Source of the DNA: an uncultured Methanosarcinaceae archaeon | GTDB lineage: Archaea > Halobacteriota > Methanosarcinia > Methanosarcinales > Methanosarcinaceae | Assembly (NCBI GenBank): GCA_963727895.1 | Contig: CAVSHT010000012.1 | Location: 32,001-96,000 of the forward strand | Reading direction: 5' to 3' | Length of the DNA: 64,000 bases | Shown: piece by piece, positions 35,615 to 46,444 of the stretch | Layout of the letters: each line of letters begins with the position of its first letter | Position numbering within the stretch: the first letter of the stretch is position 1 | Made by a program: the position numbers and the translations under genes | Notes under the pieces: generated by a model | Seen by the model: only the letters and a program-made list of their open reading frames with translations | The model's database searches: none | Told to the model about the DNA's origin: nothing

Positions 35615-35688
35615 ATAATTAAGCCCTCTTGAGCGAAGCGAAAAGGGCACCGTCCTCCCGAGACGGGACTCGGGTGACGGAACTCGGG
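35615..35688. repeat. GC-rich REP-like repeat, family C, copy 2
   Basis: Near-identical to 26782-26894 without the duplicated unit. Confidence 0.85.
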
Positions 35689-35960
35689 TGATTATGTTTT
35701 AATTTCAAATTTGTAGCAACAAATTATAAAGATGTTCATTACTTTATTACATATCTGGCTAAAAACGAAAGATTCTTCAGTCTATAGGTATGTCAGTATG
35801 AGAGCCTCCTAAGCTCAGAATGTACAATGTTGTGACTGAAAATATGTAAAACTCGAACTTGTTTAAGGAACAACCGGTAGTACAAGATCAATTTAAAAGT
35901 GCAAGATCAATAAATTGATTTGAATAGTAAAGATCTAGTCAAAAGGAGTATAAATAAAAT

Positions 35961-36700
35961 GGCATTGTTATTTAAATATATCTAGTTCTTTATTTATGTA
36001 TTTTATCAATAGAATAACCGAGTACTTTAGCATTTCAAGACTCTTCGTATAACACTTTGTCTTTCTTCTCAATCTTGCTAGAAAATGCCTCAATATGCTG
36101 TTATATCCCTCAACTGTAAATGTTTCTGCTTTGGATTGAGTATGGATCTTTTCTGGAAGAAACTCTGCATATGCTCTCCAGTGATCTGTCATCACTTCTC
36201 CAATCTCTTTTTTCTTCAATTTTTCCCAGAGTAGTTTTCCAGTTTCCGTTCCTCTGCTACCAAAAGAGCAGTTGATGAACTTTTTCCCAACTCTATCAAC
36301 AGCAATCCAGATCCAGCAATATTTTTTTTTGTTACCGATGTAAGTTGCATCTCGTCCATTTCAACAATAGATATCTCATTTTCACTTTTTAAAGCCTCTA
36401 ACTCCGGACCAAATTTCTTGATCCATCTTTGGACAGAAACATGACTTACCCCTAAAACTCTTCCTATTGAGCGAAAACCCAATCCTTCAAGATAGAGTTG
36501 TAAAGCCTGTCTTTTTGCAGAAGCGGAAAAAGCAGTTGATTTTAGCTCTACTGTATAGTTATATCCACAATCAGAGCATTTGTAGCGTTGACGCCCACCA
36601 ACTATACCGTTCTTTTTGTGACTGGAACTATTGCATCTGGGGCAGTTCATGAAGAAATATATGTTATAAGCATACATATCTATTTTTGTATACCAATGCC
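35961..36700 (-). mobile_element. IS1-family element copy 3 (lacks the shared TGA)
   Basis: Target duplication AATAAAAT at 35953-35960 and 36701-36708; insA reads through KKFGPELEAL; full InsB C-terminus. Confidence 0.95.
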
Positions 36701-36942
36701 AATAAAATATATTCTCAAAATTAAATCTCGACTGGAAATCTGGACTAAAACTCGAATTCAGGTGTGGAGTTGATAGAAAAAATAGTAGCAGAAGTGGAAC
36801 AATAACATACGCGAAAAACCCAAAAAATAAATAACCTGTTCTCAAACACATCTCACGAAATTTACTTAATACATAACAATGAGGTATGGTTTTCAAAGTC
36901 AATATTAGAATTCTAAATGACTTTCAAGCCGATCTCCTTAAT

Positions 36943-38076
36943 TTAACTTTTTTCAAGTTTTTGATGTTTTTCCCAGTATCCTGTGAGTTTACCGTTAAGG
37001 GCAAGTTTTCCAAGCTCCCTCCTTACTCTGTCACTAACTTCTGTAGAACTGGCTGATGCATATGGAGTCCCTGGAAGAGGAGTTAGATAATGAGCCCTTA
37101 CGGTTCCTTCTTTTTTACAGATCCAACGGATAAGGTCAAGGCTTTTTTCCTGGTCTTTTTCGGTTTCAGTGGGAAGGCCAAATATGAAATCGACAGCAGG
37201 GACAATTTCATGTTCCATACAGCATTCAACTGCTAAAATAATATCTCTGACAGTATGTCCTCTTCGGATCTCTTTTAATATCCGGTCGCTACCGGACTGA
37301 GCTCCAAGGCTAAGACTATCATTTGCGCAGTATTTTCTTACAAGTTCAGCTGACTCATCGGTTACAAATTCTGGACGCACTTCCGAAGGAAATGTACCAA
37401 AAAAGATTTTCTTATCCGGCAGTTTGTAAAGTGCAGAAAGCAGTTTCTCAACTTTATCAAATCGGGGGTGGATTCCGTCACTTCCGTAGCCAAGTGCGTT
37501 AGAAGCTATAAATCGAAGGTCGTCATAATACCCTGCATTTTTTACAATGGAATCTATGCTTCTATGTCTCACTTCTCTTCCGAAAAGCCTCGGAGTCTGG
37601 CAATACTTACAGCTCCAGGGGCAACCTCTACTAATTTCAATAGGAGCCCGAAGTTTTTCAGGGTTAAAGCAGGGATAAGAATCAAGGTTTACATAGGGTC
37701 TGTTCGGAGTTTTCACCGGTTTACCCGTTCTTGCGTCTATGTACGCAATGCCGGAGATTTTATATGGATCTTTCTTTTCCTGGATTGATTTCACAAGTTC
37801 TGGAAGGGTCTCCTCTCCCTCTCCTATCACAACATAATCAAAATATTCAAGAGTCTCTTCTGGGGCTCCAGATGGATGAGGTCCTCCAGCAATGAAAATT
37901 GAGTCTGTACTTGCATTCTCTACTTCAGTAAAAACTTTTGCTGCCTGACGTGTTGTAAAACTGTATATCATGATCCCATTTACAGGTTTATATACAAACC
38001 CGGCTTCCGGCAATAAAGGGGAAAGGACTGCAAAACTGTAAGAGTTTTTTTTGCTGTAACGGAAATTCACGTCCAT
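36943..38076 (-). CDS. B12-binding domain / radical SAM protein (TIGR04013-like)
   Basis: AGGPHPS, GEGE, EISRGCPWSCKYC, GTFPSEVRPE. Confidence 0.85.
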   Translation of the reverse strand: MDVNFRYSKKNSYSFAVLSPLLPEAGFVYKPVNGIMIYSFTTRQAAKVFTEVENASTDSIFIAGGPHPSGAPEETLEYFDYVVIGEGEETLPELVKSIQEKKDPYKISGIAYIDARTGKPVKTPNRPYVNLDSYPCFNPEKLRAPIEISRGCPWSCKYCQTPRLFGREVRHRSIDSIVKNAGYYDDLRFIASNALGYGSDGIHPRFDKVEKLLSALYKLPDKKIFFGTFPSEVRPEFVTDESAELVRKYCANDSLSLGAQSGSDRILKEIRRGHTVRDIILAVECCMEHEIVPAVDFIFGLPTETEKDQEKSLDLIRWICKKEGTVRAHYLTPLPGTPYASASSTEVSDRVRRELGKLALNGKLTGYWEKHQKLEKS

Positions 38077-38111
38077 ATTATTTTCCTCCGTTTTTGAAGC
38101 ATAAGGCCCTT

Positions 38112-39224
38112 TCAGGGAGTGGGCTTAAAAGGAATCAGAGTGAAGCAGAGTAAGCCCAGAATAAAAGTAATTATTCCTAAAAGCATGCGTTTTTTGTCAA
38201 GCTCTACTTTGTCATGCAGGGGAGATGGATGTCCAGCTGCTGCAAAAACCCATAGGAGAAGAGCCCAGAATATCCATATAAACCCATCTTCCTTCAACCA
38301 GTAGATTACATAAAGTCCTACAAGGAACAGAATACGTGGCATTAGGAATGAAATTTTTTCCGCTTTTTTACCCATCATAGCTCTGAGAATATGTCCTCCA
38401 TCAAGTTGCCCTGTGGGAAGAAGGTTAAGTAAAGTTACGAACATTCCTACCCAACCTGCAAAAGCTACAGGATGCAGGTTATCTCCTGTAACACCTACGA
38501 GTCTTTGAATAAATACAAAAAGGGGAGGCAAGCCAAAATTAAGCATCATAGAATCTGGCAGGGGTTTTACTGTAGGCACTTCGAGTTTAAGTCCTATTAC
38601 AGTAACTGCAATTGACACAATTAATCCTACAAGTGGGCCTGCAACTCCAACATCAAAAAGGGCTTTTCGGCTTGGTACCGGTCCTCTATAGCGAATAACT
38701 GCTCCCATAGTACCGATAAAAGAGGGAAAGGGAATAAAATAAGGGAGAGATGCCTTCATCCCATGATACCTGGCCATTACATAATGAGCCATTTCATGGG
38801 AGCCAAGAACCGTCATTATCGCAAGGGTAAAAGGTAGACCCCGATAAATCTGGGAAGGTTCGTTTACAAGGTATACACCGAACATCCAGGCTCCGCAAGC
38901 CATTGTTGTAAAAATAGTCGTTATGAATAGGAGAAGGTTTATCCATGTCTTTTCTTTTTCTTTCTTTTCAGGAAAAACCAACAGTATATATTCTCCAAGC
39001 TCGTGTTTTAACGTGCATCCTAACCCAAAATGCTGTAAGGGTTCCCAAAGCTCTTTAGTGATATTCTCAGTATCGGTTTTAGGAGTTCCATAAAAGTAAA
39101 TAGCGTTCTTGGAATTTTGGATCTCATAAACATCAAATACCCTGGTTATGAAGGGGTATAAGCGCGAAACCGTTTCTTCGGCATTGAATTTTCCTTTGCC
39201 TTCTTTATGGTTTTCCTGGTTCAT
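38112..39224 (-). CDS. Site-2 (M50) membrane metalloprotease
   Basis: HEMAH, AGP, NLLPTGQLDGGH; multiple TM segments. Confidence 0.92.
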   Translation of the reverse strand: MNQENHKEGKGKFNAEETVSRLYPFITRVFDVYEIQNSKNAIYFYGTPKTDTENITKELWEPLQHFGLGCTLKHELGEYILLVFPEKKEKEKTWINLLLFITTIFTTMACGAWMFGVYLVNEPSQIYRGLPFTLAIMTVLGSHEMAHYVMARYHGMKASLPYFIPFPSFIGTMGAVIRYRGPVPSRKALFDVGVAGPLVGLIVSIAVTVIGLKLEVPTVKPLPDSMMLNFGLPPLFVFIQRLVGVTGDNLHPVAFAGWVGMFVTLLNLLPTGQLDGGHILRAMMGKKAEKISFLMPRILFLVGLYVIYWLKEDGFIWIFWALLLWVFAAAGHPSPLHDKVELDKKRMLLGIITFILGLLCFTLIPFKPTP

Positions 39225-39312
39225 TTTTCGAGTTCCTATTCCCTAACTTAAAATTTATTTTCAAATCTATCAATTTTCAGTTTTTAGTGTTTAATCTATT
39301 ATGTTTAATCTA

Positions 39313-39735
39313 TTATTTTTCTTCATGTTTGATAAGTTCAATATATCCTTCATTCCCATTAACCAGAACAAGATCTCCGTTACCTAATACCTGGTAAGGG
39401 TTTTTCTCAAGCATATCAACAAGTGGAATCTCGGAAATAATAGCTCCAACTGCAACTATAGGTTCGGTTTCAAGATTTATTATTGCTGCAGGAGCAGTGC
39501 CGTTTTTTTTCAGCTGATACATAACATACGAACCTACTGTAGAGCCTTTACCGTGGGGAAAAACAAGGACTTTTCCCTGTATTGATTTTCCTTCAAGGGC
39601 GTGATTTTCTTCAACTACAACCCCGGTTTTTGGGTCTACACTGCCAAGGAAAGAAATAGGATCTCTGGAAATCCATACTTCTCCTTCTGCACATCCTCTG
39701 GAAATAGTCCTTCCTTTAAGTTTAATAGGAATCAC
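39313..39735 (-). CDS. AcnX swivel subunit (DUF126), phosphomevalonate dehydratase small subunit
   Basis: ISFLGSVDPKTG, GKGSTVGSY; overlaps the AcnX large subunit; start is GTG 39735 or a few codons later. Confidence 0.88.
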   Translation of the reverse strand: MIPIKLKGRTISRGCAEGEVWISRDPISFLGSVDPKTGVVVEENHALEGKSIQGKVLVFPHGKGSTVGSYVMYQLKKNGTAPAAIINLETEPIVAVGAIISEIPLVDMLEKNPYQVLGNGDLVLVNGNEGYIELIKHEEK

Positions 39736-40927
39736 CTGTCTTCTTTTCTGTACCGTCAACTGCTTCCTCAACACAGGCTTCCAGACTTCCATATACAGCT
39801 TCAGCCCCACACATACCTGGTACGTAAGCAAGGGCTTTTCCTGAGTTTACCATAACGCAGGAATAACTATTGGTCGCAGGAGATACTACCATACAGGTAT
39901 CACAGACGACTTTAGCTCCACTTTTCTCAATAGTCTTGATATATTCAGGGTAGCGTTTTGTAAGCTCTCTTGAGGTAAAAATCCAGAACTCTTTCGAAAC
40001 AGTTTTTCCTTTAAGGAGTTTAGCTACTTTTTCCAGCTCTGCTGCTGAACAGTGTGGGCATCCAACGGTTATTAATTCTGGTTCCTTGCAGGCTTTTTTC
40101 CGGCACTCATAAACCTCTTCGAGTTGTTTTCTCTCAATAGTTATTTTTTCTACCGGTTCTTCAAAACTCATCCTGAGAATTTCAGGTGTGACTCCTTCCA
40201 CGTGGTAAAGAGCAACTGCTCCTGAGGCTGCCATTGCAGCTCCAAGTGCTTTTAATTCATCTACTCCAGGACTGTTCTTGAGATGAAAAACAGGCACTTT
40301 ACTCCCAACAAGTTTGCCAGCCACATAACCAAGTGCACCGTAATCAGATACCTCTAACTTATCTTCTACATAAATTGAGATTTCAGGCACACGGTTTTCG
40401 TCCAGATGAAATCCATAATTTGCAGTTTTACCAAAGAGTGCAGCAGAAAGGGCCGATGGACCCCCTTCTCTATTTGTCTTGGCTCCAAGCACGGAATTTG
40501 CATAGGATACTGCTGACGATTCACTCCATGCCAGATGGTCGCCGTAACCAACATTAAAACCTTCAAGGGTATAAGGCGTACAAGTGCATTCGCATTGAAT
40601 TCCAAGTTTTTTATACGCCTGAACAATCAATTTTTGTTTTTCTGCAAAATCAGACGAGATCCTGAGTCTTTCCCAGTCTTCCAGGTCCATTCCTGCAGGA
40701 TTCAGAATCGCAGGAACCTTAACTTTTCCCTGCAGATCCGATATCCACTCAAGACCTGCATCGCCTATAGTTTTATAGGAGACTCCTGCTATCTGTGCAC
40801 TTTTGATTGGGATAAGCCTGTCTGCACCGTAAATATCTCCAAGTGTCACCAGGATTCCAATAGCCTGTCTTAAAGTCTCTCCAGCTTCCCCATTGAGGAT
40901 TTGCTCTTCTTCTTTTGTAAGATACAT
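39722..40927 (-). CDS. AcnX catalytic subunit (DUF521), phosphomevalonate dehydratase large subunit
   Basis: GVSYKTIG, CTCTPY, WSESSA, GCPH, DTCMVV. Confidence 0.9.
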   Translation of the reverse strand: MYLTKEEEQILNGEAGETLRQAIGILVTLGDIYGADRLIPIKSAQIAGVSYKTIGDAGLEWISDLQGKVKVPAILNPAGMDLEDWERLRISSDFAEKQKLIVQAYKKLGIQCECTCTPYTLEGFNVGYGDHLAWSESSAVSYANSVLGAKTNREGGPSALSAALFGKTANYGFHLDENRVPEISIYVEDKLEVSDYGALGYVAGKLVGSKVPVFHLKNSPGVDELKALGAAMAASGAVALYHVEGVTPEILRMSFEEPVEKITIERKQLEEVYECRKKACKEPELITVGCPHCSAAELEKVAKLLKGKTVSKEFWIFTSRELTKRYPEYIKTIEKSGAKVVCDTCMVVSPATNSYSCVMVNSGKALAYVPGMCGAEAVYGSLEACVEEAVDGTEKKTGDSY

Positions 40928-40971
40928 TAAAATTCACTCGGTAATTGCCAGATAAGTAAAATAATTTTTGT

Positions 40972-42240
40972 TTATTCTTCCGGAATTACTGCCCTTTCAA
41001 AATTTTCCTTTTCTACAAGAACCTTTGTAGCATCAACTCCCACTTTTGTGGTCGTCCCGTCAGGATCTCCTCTTGGGTCCAGAGAACTGCCCCGGACATT
41101 GGGGATAATCAGAATGTCCATATCTCCTTTTACTCTCGTGGCAATTGCAAACTCAACATCATTAGGATCAAAAATGTTTATATCTTCATCCACAACTACC
41201 ACATGTTTCAGGCTTGTATGGGCTGCAAAGGCTGCCATAATAGCATTTTTTCCGTCTCCTTCAGTCTGTTTCTCTATCTGAACGACTGCGTGGAGATAGC
41301 AGCATCCTCCTTCTGTCAATACCACATTTTTGACGGTAGTTACCTCTCCGACAGCTCTGTAAATTCTGGGCTCGTAAGGCACACCCATCATCAGAAGATG
41401 TTCAGGGCCAGCTGGTAGAATCCCGTGATATATCGGGTCTTTTCTATGGATAATTCGGGTGATGTGGATAACAGGTTCTTTTCTTACTACATCGTAAGTT
41501 CCTGTAATGTCCACAAAAGGACCTTCATCAACTTTTTCAGTTGGATCAACATAACCTTCAAGCACAGTCTCAGCGTGAGGAACCTTTACTCCATTTGAAC
41601 ACTCAAAAAGTTCCACAGGAGCTCCTCTAAGAGCAGCTGCGTATTCGAATTCTTTTCCTACAGGAACCCTTGTTGAAGTAGCATATATAATTGTAGGGTC
41701 ACAGCCAAGTACAATTGCAATAGGCAGAGGTTCACCTTTTTCAGCAGCTTTTTTGTGCAGGAGATATGTATGTCTTGGAGGAACCAGGCGAGCTGCGAGT
41801 TTATCTTTTCCTACAAGCATAAGCCTATGAATCGAAGCATTAATCGTTCCTGCGTATTCGGAAACCACAATTCCTGCAGTTATATAAGGAGCTCCATCTT
41901 TTTCAAAATGTGTAAGGATAGGGAGTTTTGTCAGATCAACTTCATTTTCCACAACTTCAAGCGTTGGAGATTCTGACACCAGCCTCACTTCACCTTCAGG
42001 AGAAACTTCAGAAAGCTTCTTTATAATTTCTTCTTTAGGAACGCCGAGCATAGAAGCCAGTTCATCCCTTGATCCAAGCATGTTCATAATCACTTTTGAA
42101 CCTGAAATATTATGGAAAAGAACTGGAGATCTTGCGTTTTTTGCAACCCTCGAAGCTTCAAATCTCGGAGAAGTAGGTTGCAGAATTTCTACCAGTTTTC
42201 CGCTTTCTTTTAACTGGTCGATAAAAGCTCTAAAACTCAT
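40972..42240 (-). CDS. UbiD-family decarboxylase (probable trans-anhydromevalonate phosphate decarboxylase)
   Basis: SIHRL, EGPFVD, VVVVDEDI, GSSLDP; in an operon with the AcnX pair, as in the archaeal mevalonate pathway. Confidence 0.88.
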   Translation of the reverse strand: MSFRAFIDQLKESGKLVEILQPTSPRFEASRVAKNARSPVLFHNISGSKVIMNMLGSRDELASMLGVPKEEIIKKLSEVSPEGEVRLVSESPTLEVVENEVDLTKLPILTHFEKDGAPYITAGIVVSEYAGTINASIHRLMLVGKDKLAARLVPPRHTYLLHKKAAEKGEPLPIAIVLGCDPTIIYATSTRVPVGKEFEYAAALRGAPVELFECSNGVKVPHAETVLEGYVDPTEKVDEGPFVDITGTYDVVRKEPVIHITRIIHRKDPIYHGILPAGPEHLLMMGVPYEPRIYRAVGEVTTVKNVVLTEGGCCYLHAVVQIEKQTEGDGKNAIMAAFAAHTSLKHVVVVDEDINIFDPNDVEFAIATRVKGDMDILIIPNVRGSSLDPRGDPDGTTTKVGVDATKVLVEKENFERAVIPEE

Positions 42241-42870
42241 GGGTATCTGGATACCAAAAAGCTGTTAGATAATAAAAAGATTGTCCGATCACAAGTTTTA
42301 AAAGACGTTTTTATTTTTTTGCTATCTTCAGCAGGTAATTTAGAGTCTCTTTCTAAATTATATAGATAATCCCAAAATTCAATTACTTTTCTGATCTCAG
42401 ATTCCTGATAATTAATCGATTCTAATCATGAAAATAATTTTAAAGTTTTGGGGATTTGGAAATAAAGTTAGTTTTTTTCATGAGTTATTTGTATAACATA
42501 TTTTTTGAACTAAAGTTATGATTTAAGGAATGTCTTTTTTACTATATAAGGCTATGAAACATAACAACTTCCACTATATATTAAATTAAATCTTATATTA
42601 ATTTATACGACTTCTCCATTTTTTACTTCTACACATTTATAAATATTTCAAACACGCATTCCACATATAGTCAAACTTGAGAGTTACCGAGTAGCCGTTA
42701 AAATGTGAGTGGCCACTAGACGATATTTCTCATGAATAACGACATATTTCATTTAAATGAGATATTTGTGAGTGGACTTTAAAACAAAAAGGCGGCTATT
42801 GGAAGTTTTTTCCTTCACTGTAATTATATTAAGACAGTCAAATATCCAACTTAATCTGGAAATAATACCA

Positions 42871-44706
42871 ATGGCTAAAAAAAATATACCTATTATACTT
42901 ATAGTTCTGCTGTTATTGAGTTCAGTTGCAGCAGCAAGTAACAGAGCTGGAGATCCCCCAAAGGGAGAAGTAAAATCCTTAGTAGCAAAGCCTTTGATGA
43001 CTACATCTATGGGTCTTTCTACAACATCCACTACATCTACAGGCCTTTCAACAAAAGACCTTACTACTGGACTAACTCCAGAGCAACTGGTTAATAGTCT
43101 GCTTGGGTCTGGAGTTACAGTAACGAGTGTCAAATATACTGGAGCTGACGTTGCAGCCGGTACGTTCACTGGAGGTTCAGATAACATCGGAATCGAAAGT
43201 GGAGTTGTACTCAGCAGTGAGGCAGTATCCAGCGTTGTGGGTCCAAATCAAAATTCGGCTACATCGACAAACAATTGGATGTCAGGAGACACAGATCTTA
43301 ACGGACTGATTCCAGGTTATTCCACAAATGACGCTGCATCCCTGGAATTTGGCTTTATTCCCGATTCTGATCAGATAACCTTCAAGTATGTGTTCGGGTC
43401 GGAGGAATATAATGAGTATGTTGGTACCCAATATAACGATGTTTTTGGCTTCTTCTTAAATGGTCAGAACGTTGCATTGATACCTGGAACTTCTACCCCA
43501 GTCTCAATCCACAATGTAAATCTATATAGCAACTTGGAATATTATCGAAATAATGAAGGAGCAACAATTAACACGGAACTTGATGGATTGACAACAATCC
43601 TGACTGTCACTGCTCCTGTACATAAGGGACAAGTAAATACAATTAAACTGGCCGTTGCAGATGCTGGAGATTATATACTCGATTCTGATGTTTTCATTGA
43701 AGGTGGCTCATTTACTTCCGCAGATTTCTTCCTTTCGCCTTCTTCTGCAACAAGTGAAATAGGAGATACCCACACTCTTACATCAGAACTTAAAGAGAGC
43801 ACAGGTGAACCAATAGTTGGAGAAACAGTCAACTTTAAAATCACAAAAGGGCCAAACGCTGGTTTAACAGGGTCCAATGTTACCGATTCAGATGGAAAGG
43901 CAACCTGGAGCTACACAAGCAGCGTTGCAGGTACTGACAAGATATATGCTTATGTAGGAACAGAGGATGACCCAAAATATAAATCAAATGTGGTGACCAA
44001 AGAATGGACTAAAACGTCTAATCTATCACCTGTAGCCAATGCTGGTCCTGATCAAGTAGTTGAGCAGGCGAATCCGACTGGAACTTCTGTAACTTCTGTA
44101 ACTCTTGATGGATCAGGTTCCACTGATGACGGCCAAATTTCACCATTGACATATGACTGGACATGGAATGGTGGATCAGCTAGTGGTGAGAAACCTGTGG
44201 TAACTCTTCCCTTAGGGACAACAACAATAACCCTGACCGTCTCCGATGGGCAGTTTTCGAGTACCGATACCGTTGACGTAACAGTGCAAGATACAACTCC
44301 ACCGACAATAACAACTTCAGGTAAACCAAAAGTACTCTGGCCACCAAATGGTAAATATCAGACCGTTTCTCTCTCTGATTTCGGTATTTCAGTGACAGAT
44401 GCCGGTGATCCAACTGTGGATGCCAGTAAAGTAGTAATCACATCAGTTAGCAGTGATGAATTTGAGGATGCCTCTGGTGTAGGAGATGGAAATACATTGA
44501 AGGACATTGTCATTAAGGATCCCCAAACAGTTTCTTTAAGGGCAGAAAGAGATGGGAATGGAAACAGCAGAGTATACACAATTAATTATAAAGTAACGGA
44601 TGCTTCAGGTAATACAGCAACAGGTTCCTCTCAAGTCTGGGTTCCTCATGATCAGGACACAGGAGCTACAGCAGTTGATGATGGTGCAGCTGCAGATACA
44701 CAGTGA
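42871..44706 (+). CDS. Secreted multidomain surface protein (choice-of-anchor-L-like, Ig-like, PKD-like, C-terminal HYR/Ig-like)
   Basis: Signal peptide from ATG 42871; YVFGSEEYNEYVGTQYNDVFGFF..DSDVFI; PVANAGPDQ..LDGSGS; DTTPP..LWPPN..LRAERDG. Confidence 0.8.
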   Translation: MAKKNIPIILIVLLLLSSVAAASNRAGDPPKGEVKSLVAKPLMTTSMGLSTTSTTSTGLSTKDLTTGLTPEQLVNSLLGSGVTVTSVKYTGADVAAGTFTGGSDNIGIESGVVLSSEAVSSVVGPNQNSATSTNNWMSGDTDLNGLIPGYSTNDAASLEFGFIPDSDQITFKYVFGSEEYNEYVGTQYNDVFGFFLNGQNVALIPGTSTPVSIHNVNLYSNLEYYRNNEGATINTELDGLTTILTVTAPVHKGQVNTIKLAVADAGDYILDSDVFIEGGSFTSADFFLSPSSATSEIGDTHTLTSELKESTGEPIVGETVNFKITKGPNAGLTGSNVTDSDGKATWSYTSSVAGTDKIYAYVGTEDDPKYKSNVVTKEWTKTSNLSPVANAGPDQVVEQANPTGTSVTSVTLDGSGSTDDGQISPLTYDWTWNGGSASGEKPVVTLPLGTTTITLTVSDGQFSSTDTVDVTVQDTTPPTITTSGKPKVLWPPNGKYQTVSLSDFGISVTDAGDPTVDASKVVITSVSSDEFEDASGVGDGNTLKDIVIKDPQTVSLRAERDGNGNSRVYTINYKVTDASGNTATGSSQVWVPHDQDTGATAVDDGAAADTQ

Positions 44707-44962
44707 GTTATCCCTGAATGAACAATATAATTCTCTAATTAAAGTGACATCAGATATGAAAATAAAAGACAAAAAGAGGATCATCTTCCTTCTTTTTACT
44801 TTTTTGGATGCTTTTCTTTTTAAAGGGAAAAGCGATGAATTCAGGAATTCTGAAAAAAGACGTATACACTCAGTCATTCCTGAAATCTATTTTGAAGGAT
44901 GAAAAGAGCAAAATTGAGAGCTTATATTACTCCTCATTTCTCTTCAAAATATTTGAGTAATT

Positions 44963-46030
44963 TTAACATTCATCAAGCATAAAAGCTCTAGGTCTTATGA
45001 TTTTTTTCTTTTCATACTGATCAAAACAGTGCGCTATCCAGCCTGAGACCCTGCCAATTGCAAAGATGGAAGTCGCAAGTTGTGAAGGAACATCGAGATA
45101 TTTGTAAATGACTCCTGAATAGAAATCTACGTTCGGATAAATGGGTTTTCCTTTCTTTTCTACAAGTTCACGGATAACAGTATTTTCTACTGCTTCGGCT
45201 GTATCGTACCAGTGCATATCCCCTTTTGCTTTTGCTAACTGCTTAGCAAGTTGCTTAAATATTGCGCCTCTTGGATCGTAAGTCTTGTAAACTCTATGTC
45301 CAAAACCCATAATTTTTTCTTTGTTTTGCAGTTTATTGAGGACATAACTCTCTGCATTTTCTGGATGAGCAATCTTCTCTAGCATGGTTGTGACTTCTGC
45401 TCTTGCTCCTCCGTGCAGAGGACCTTTAAGAGTGCAGAGCCCGGAAATTACGGCAGAATAGAGGTCTGAAAGAGTAGAAGCAGTAACTCTTGACGAGAAA
45501 GTGGAGGCATTTAGCTCGTGTTCGGCACTGAGGATGAAATCTTTTTCCATAATCTCAGCTTCCAGCTGAGTTGGTTTACTTCCTCTTATCATATACAGAA
45601 AATTAGCTCCATGAGAGAGAAATGGATTTGGGGATACAGGTTCATTTCCATTTGAGATTCTATAATATGCAGCAACTATGGTTGGAATCTTGGCAATTAA
45701 CCTTATTGATTTTCTCATATTTCCTTCAGGAGAACTGTCATTAATATCTGGATCGAATTGTGATATAAAAGAAACGACTGTACGCAGCGCTTCCATACTG
45801 TCGATATTGCTATTGCACATACGGATAACGTCCATCGCCTCCCTGTTGATTTCACGCTCCCCATGCAAGCGGGCTGAATATTCGGCAAGCTCTTTTTCTT
45901 TAGGGAGCTCTCCCTGAATAAGCAGATAGGAAACCGCATCATAGGGAAGCTCAACAAGCTGATTAATGTCTACTTCCCTGTATTTCAGGATGCCTTCCAA
46001 CCCGTCAATGAAACATATATTTTTACTCAT
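44963..46030 (-). CDS. gltA: Citrate synthase family protein
   Basis: EHELNASTF, GPLHGGA, MGFGHRVYK, YPNVDFYSG; likely start ATG 46030 after GAGGT. Confidence 0.9.
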   Translation of the reverse strand: MSKNICFIDGLEGILKYREVDINQLVELPYDAVSYLLIQGELPKEKELAEYSARLHGEREINREAMDVIRMCNSNIDSMEALRTVVSFISQFDPDINDSSPEGNMRKSIRLIAKIPTIVAAYYRISNGNEPVSPNPFLSHGANFLYMIRGSKPTQLEAEIMEKDFILSAEHELNASTFSSRVTASTLSDLYSAVISGLCTLKGPLHGGARAEVTTMLEKIAHPENAESYVLNKLQNKEKIMGFGHRVYKTYDPRGAIFKQLAKQLAKAKGDMHWYDTAEAVENTVIRELVEKKGKPIYPNVDFYSGVIYKYLDVPSQLATSIFAIGRVSGWIAHCFDQYEKKKIIRPRAFMLDEC

Positions 46031-46354
46031 TTTATACCTCACAGTTATGCCCAGAGGATTTTTCAAAAAACTTTGAAGTTTGGGGGATCCTCTGCTTATA
46101 CGTGGAAGATTTAACGTGAAGGGCTTTCTAAAACCCAAAAATAGGATGACAATGCACTTCTATTATCATCGAATAAGTATATTAAATTTGTTGAAATTAT
46201 ATCTCATTATCTTTACAACTATTTTTGGTATTTTGAAGGCACTGCAGTTTTAAATATTTAATTTATTTTACATACAGAATTTGCTCTTTTCAGAACAGTA
46301 TCTCCATCAATACGCCTTTGATACTTAATATAACTCTTTTTTCGATCAGTAAAT

Positions 46355-46406
46355 GAAAAGGTTCTAAAAAAATGGGGTTTTTATGTAAAATTTTTAGAAC
46401 CTTTTC
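46355..46406. terminator. 16-bp inverted repeat downstream of acnA
   Basis: GAAAAGGTTCTAAAAA ... TTTTTAGAACCTTTTC. Confidence 0.5.
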
Positions 46407-46444
46407 CAAAAGTTTTGTTTATGCAGTCCAGTACTACTAGCTAA

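Noticed and set aside
36651..36902. Hydrophobic N-terminal extension on the IS1 copy 3 ORF (228 aa)
   Set aside because: It is a chance open frame crossing the IS boundary at 36700; insA starts at ATG 36650.
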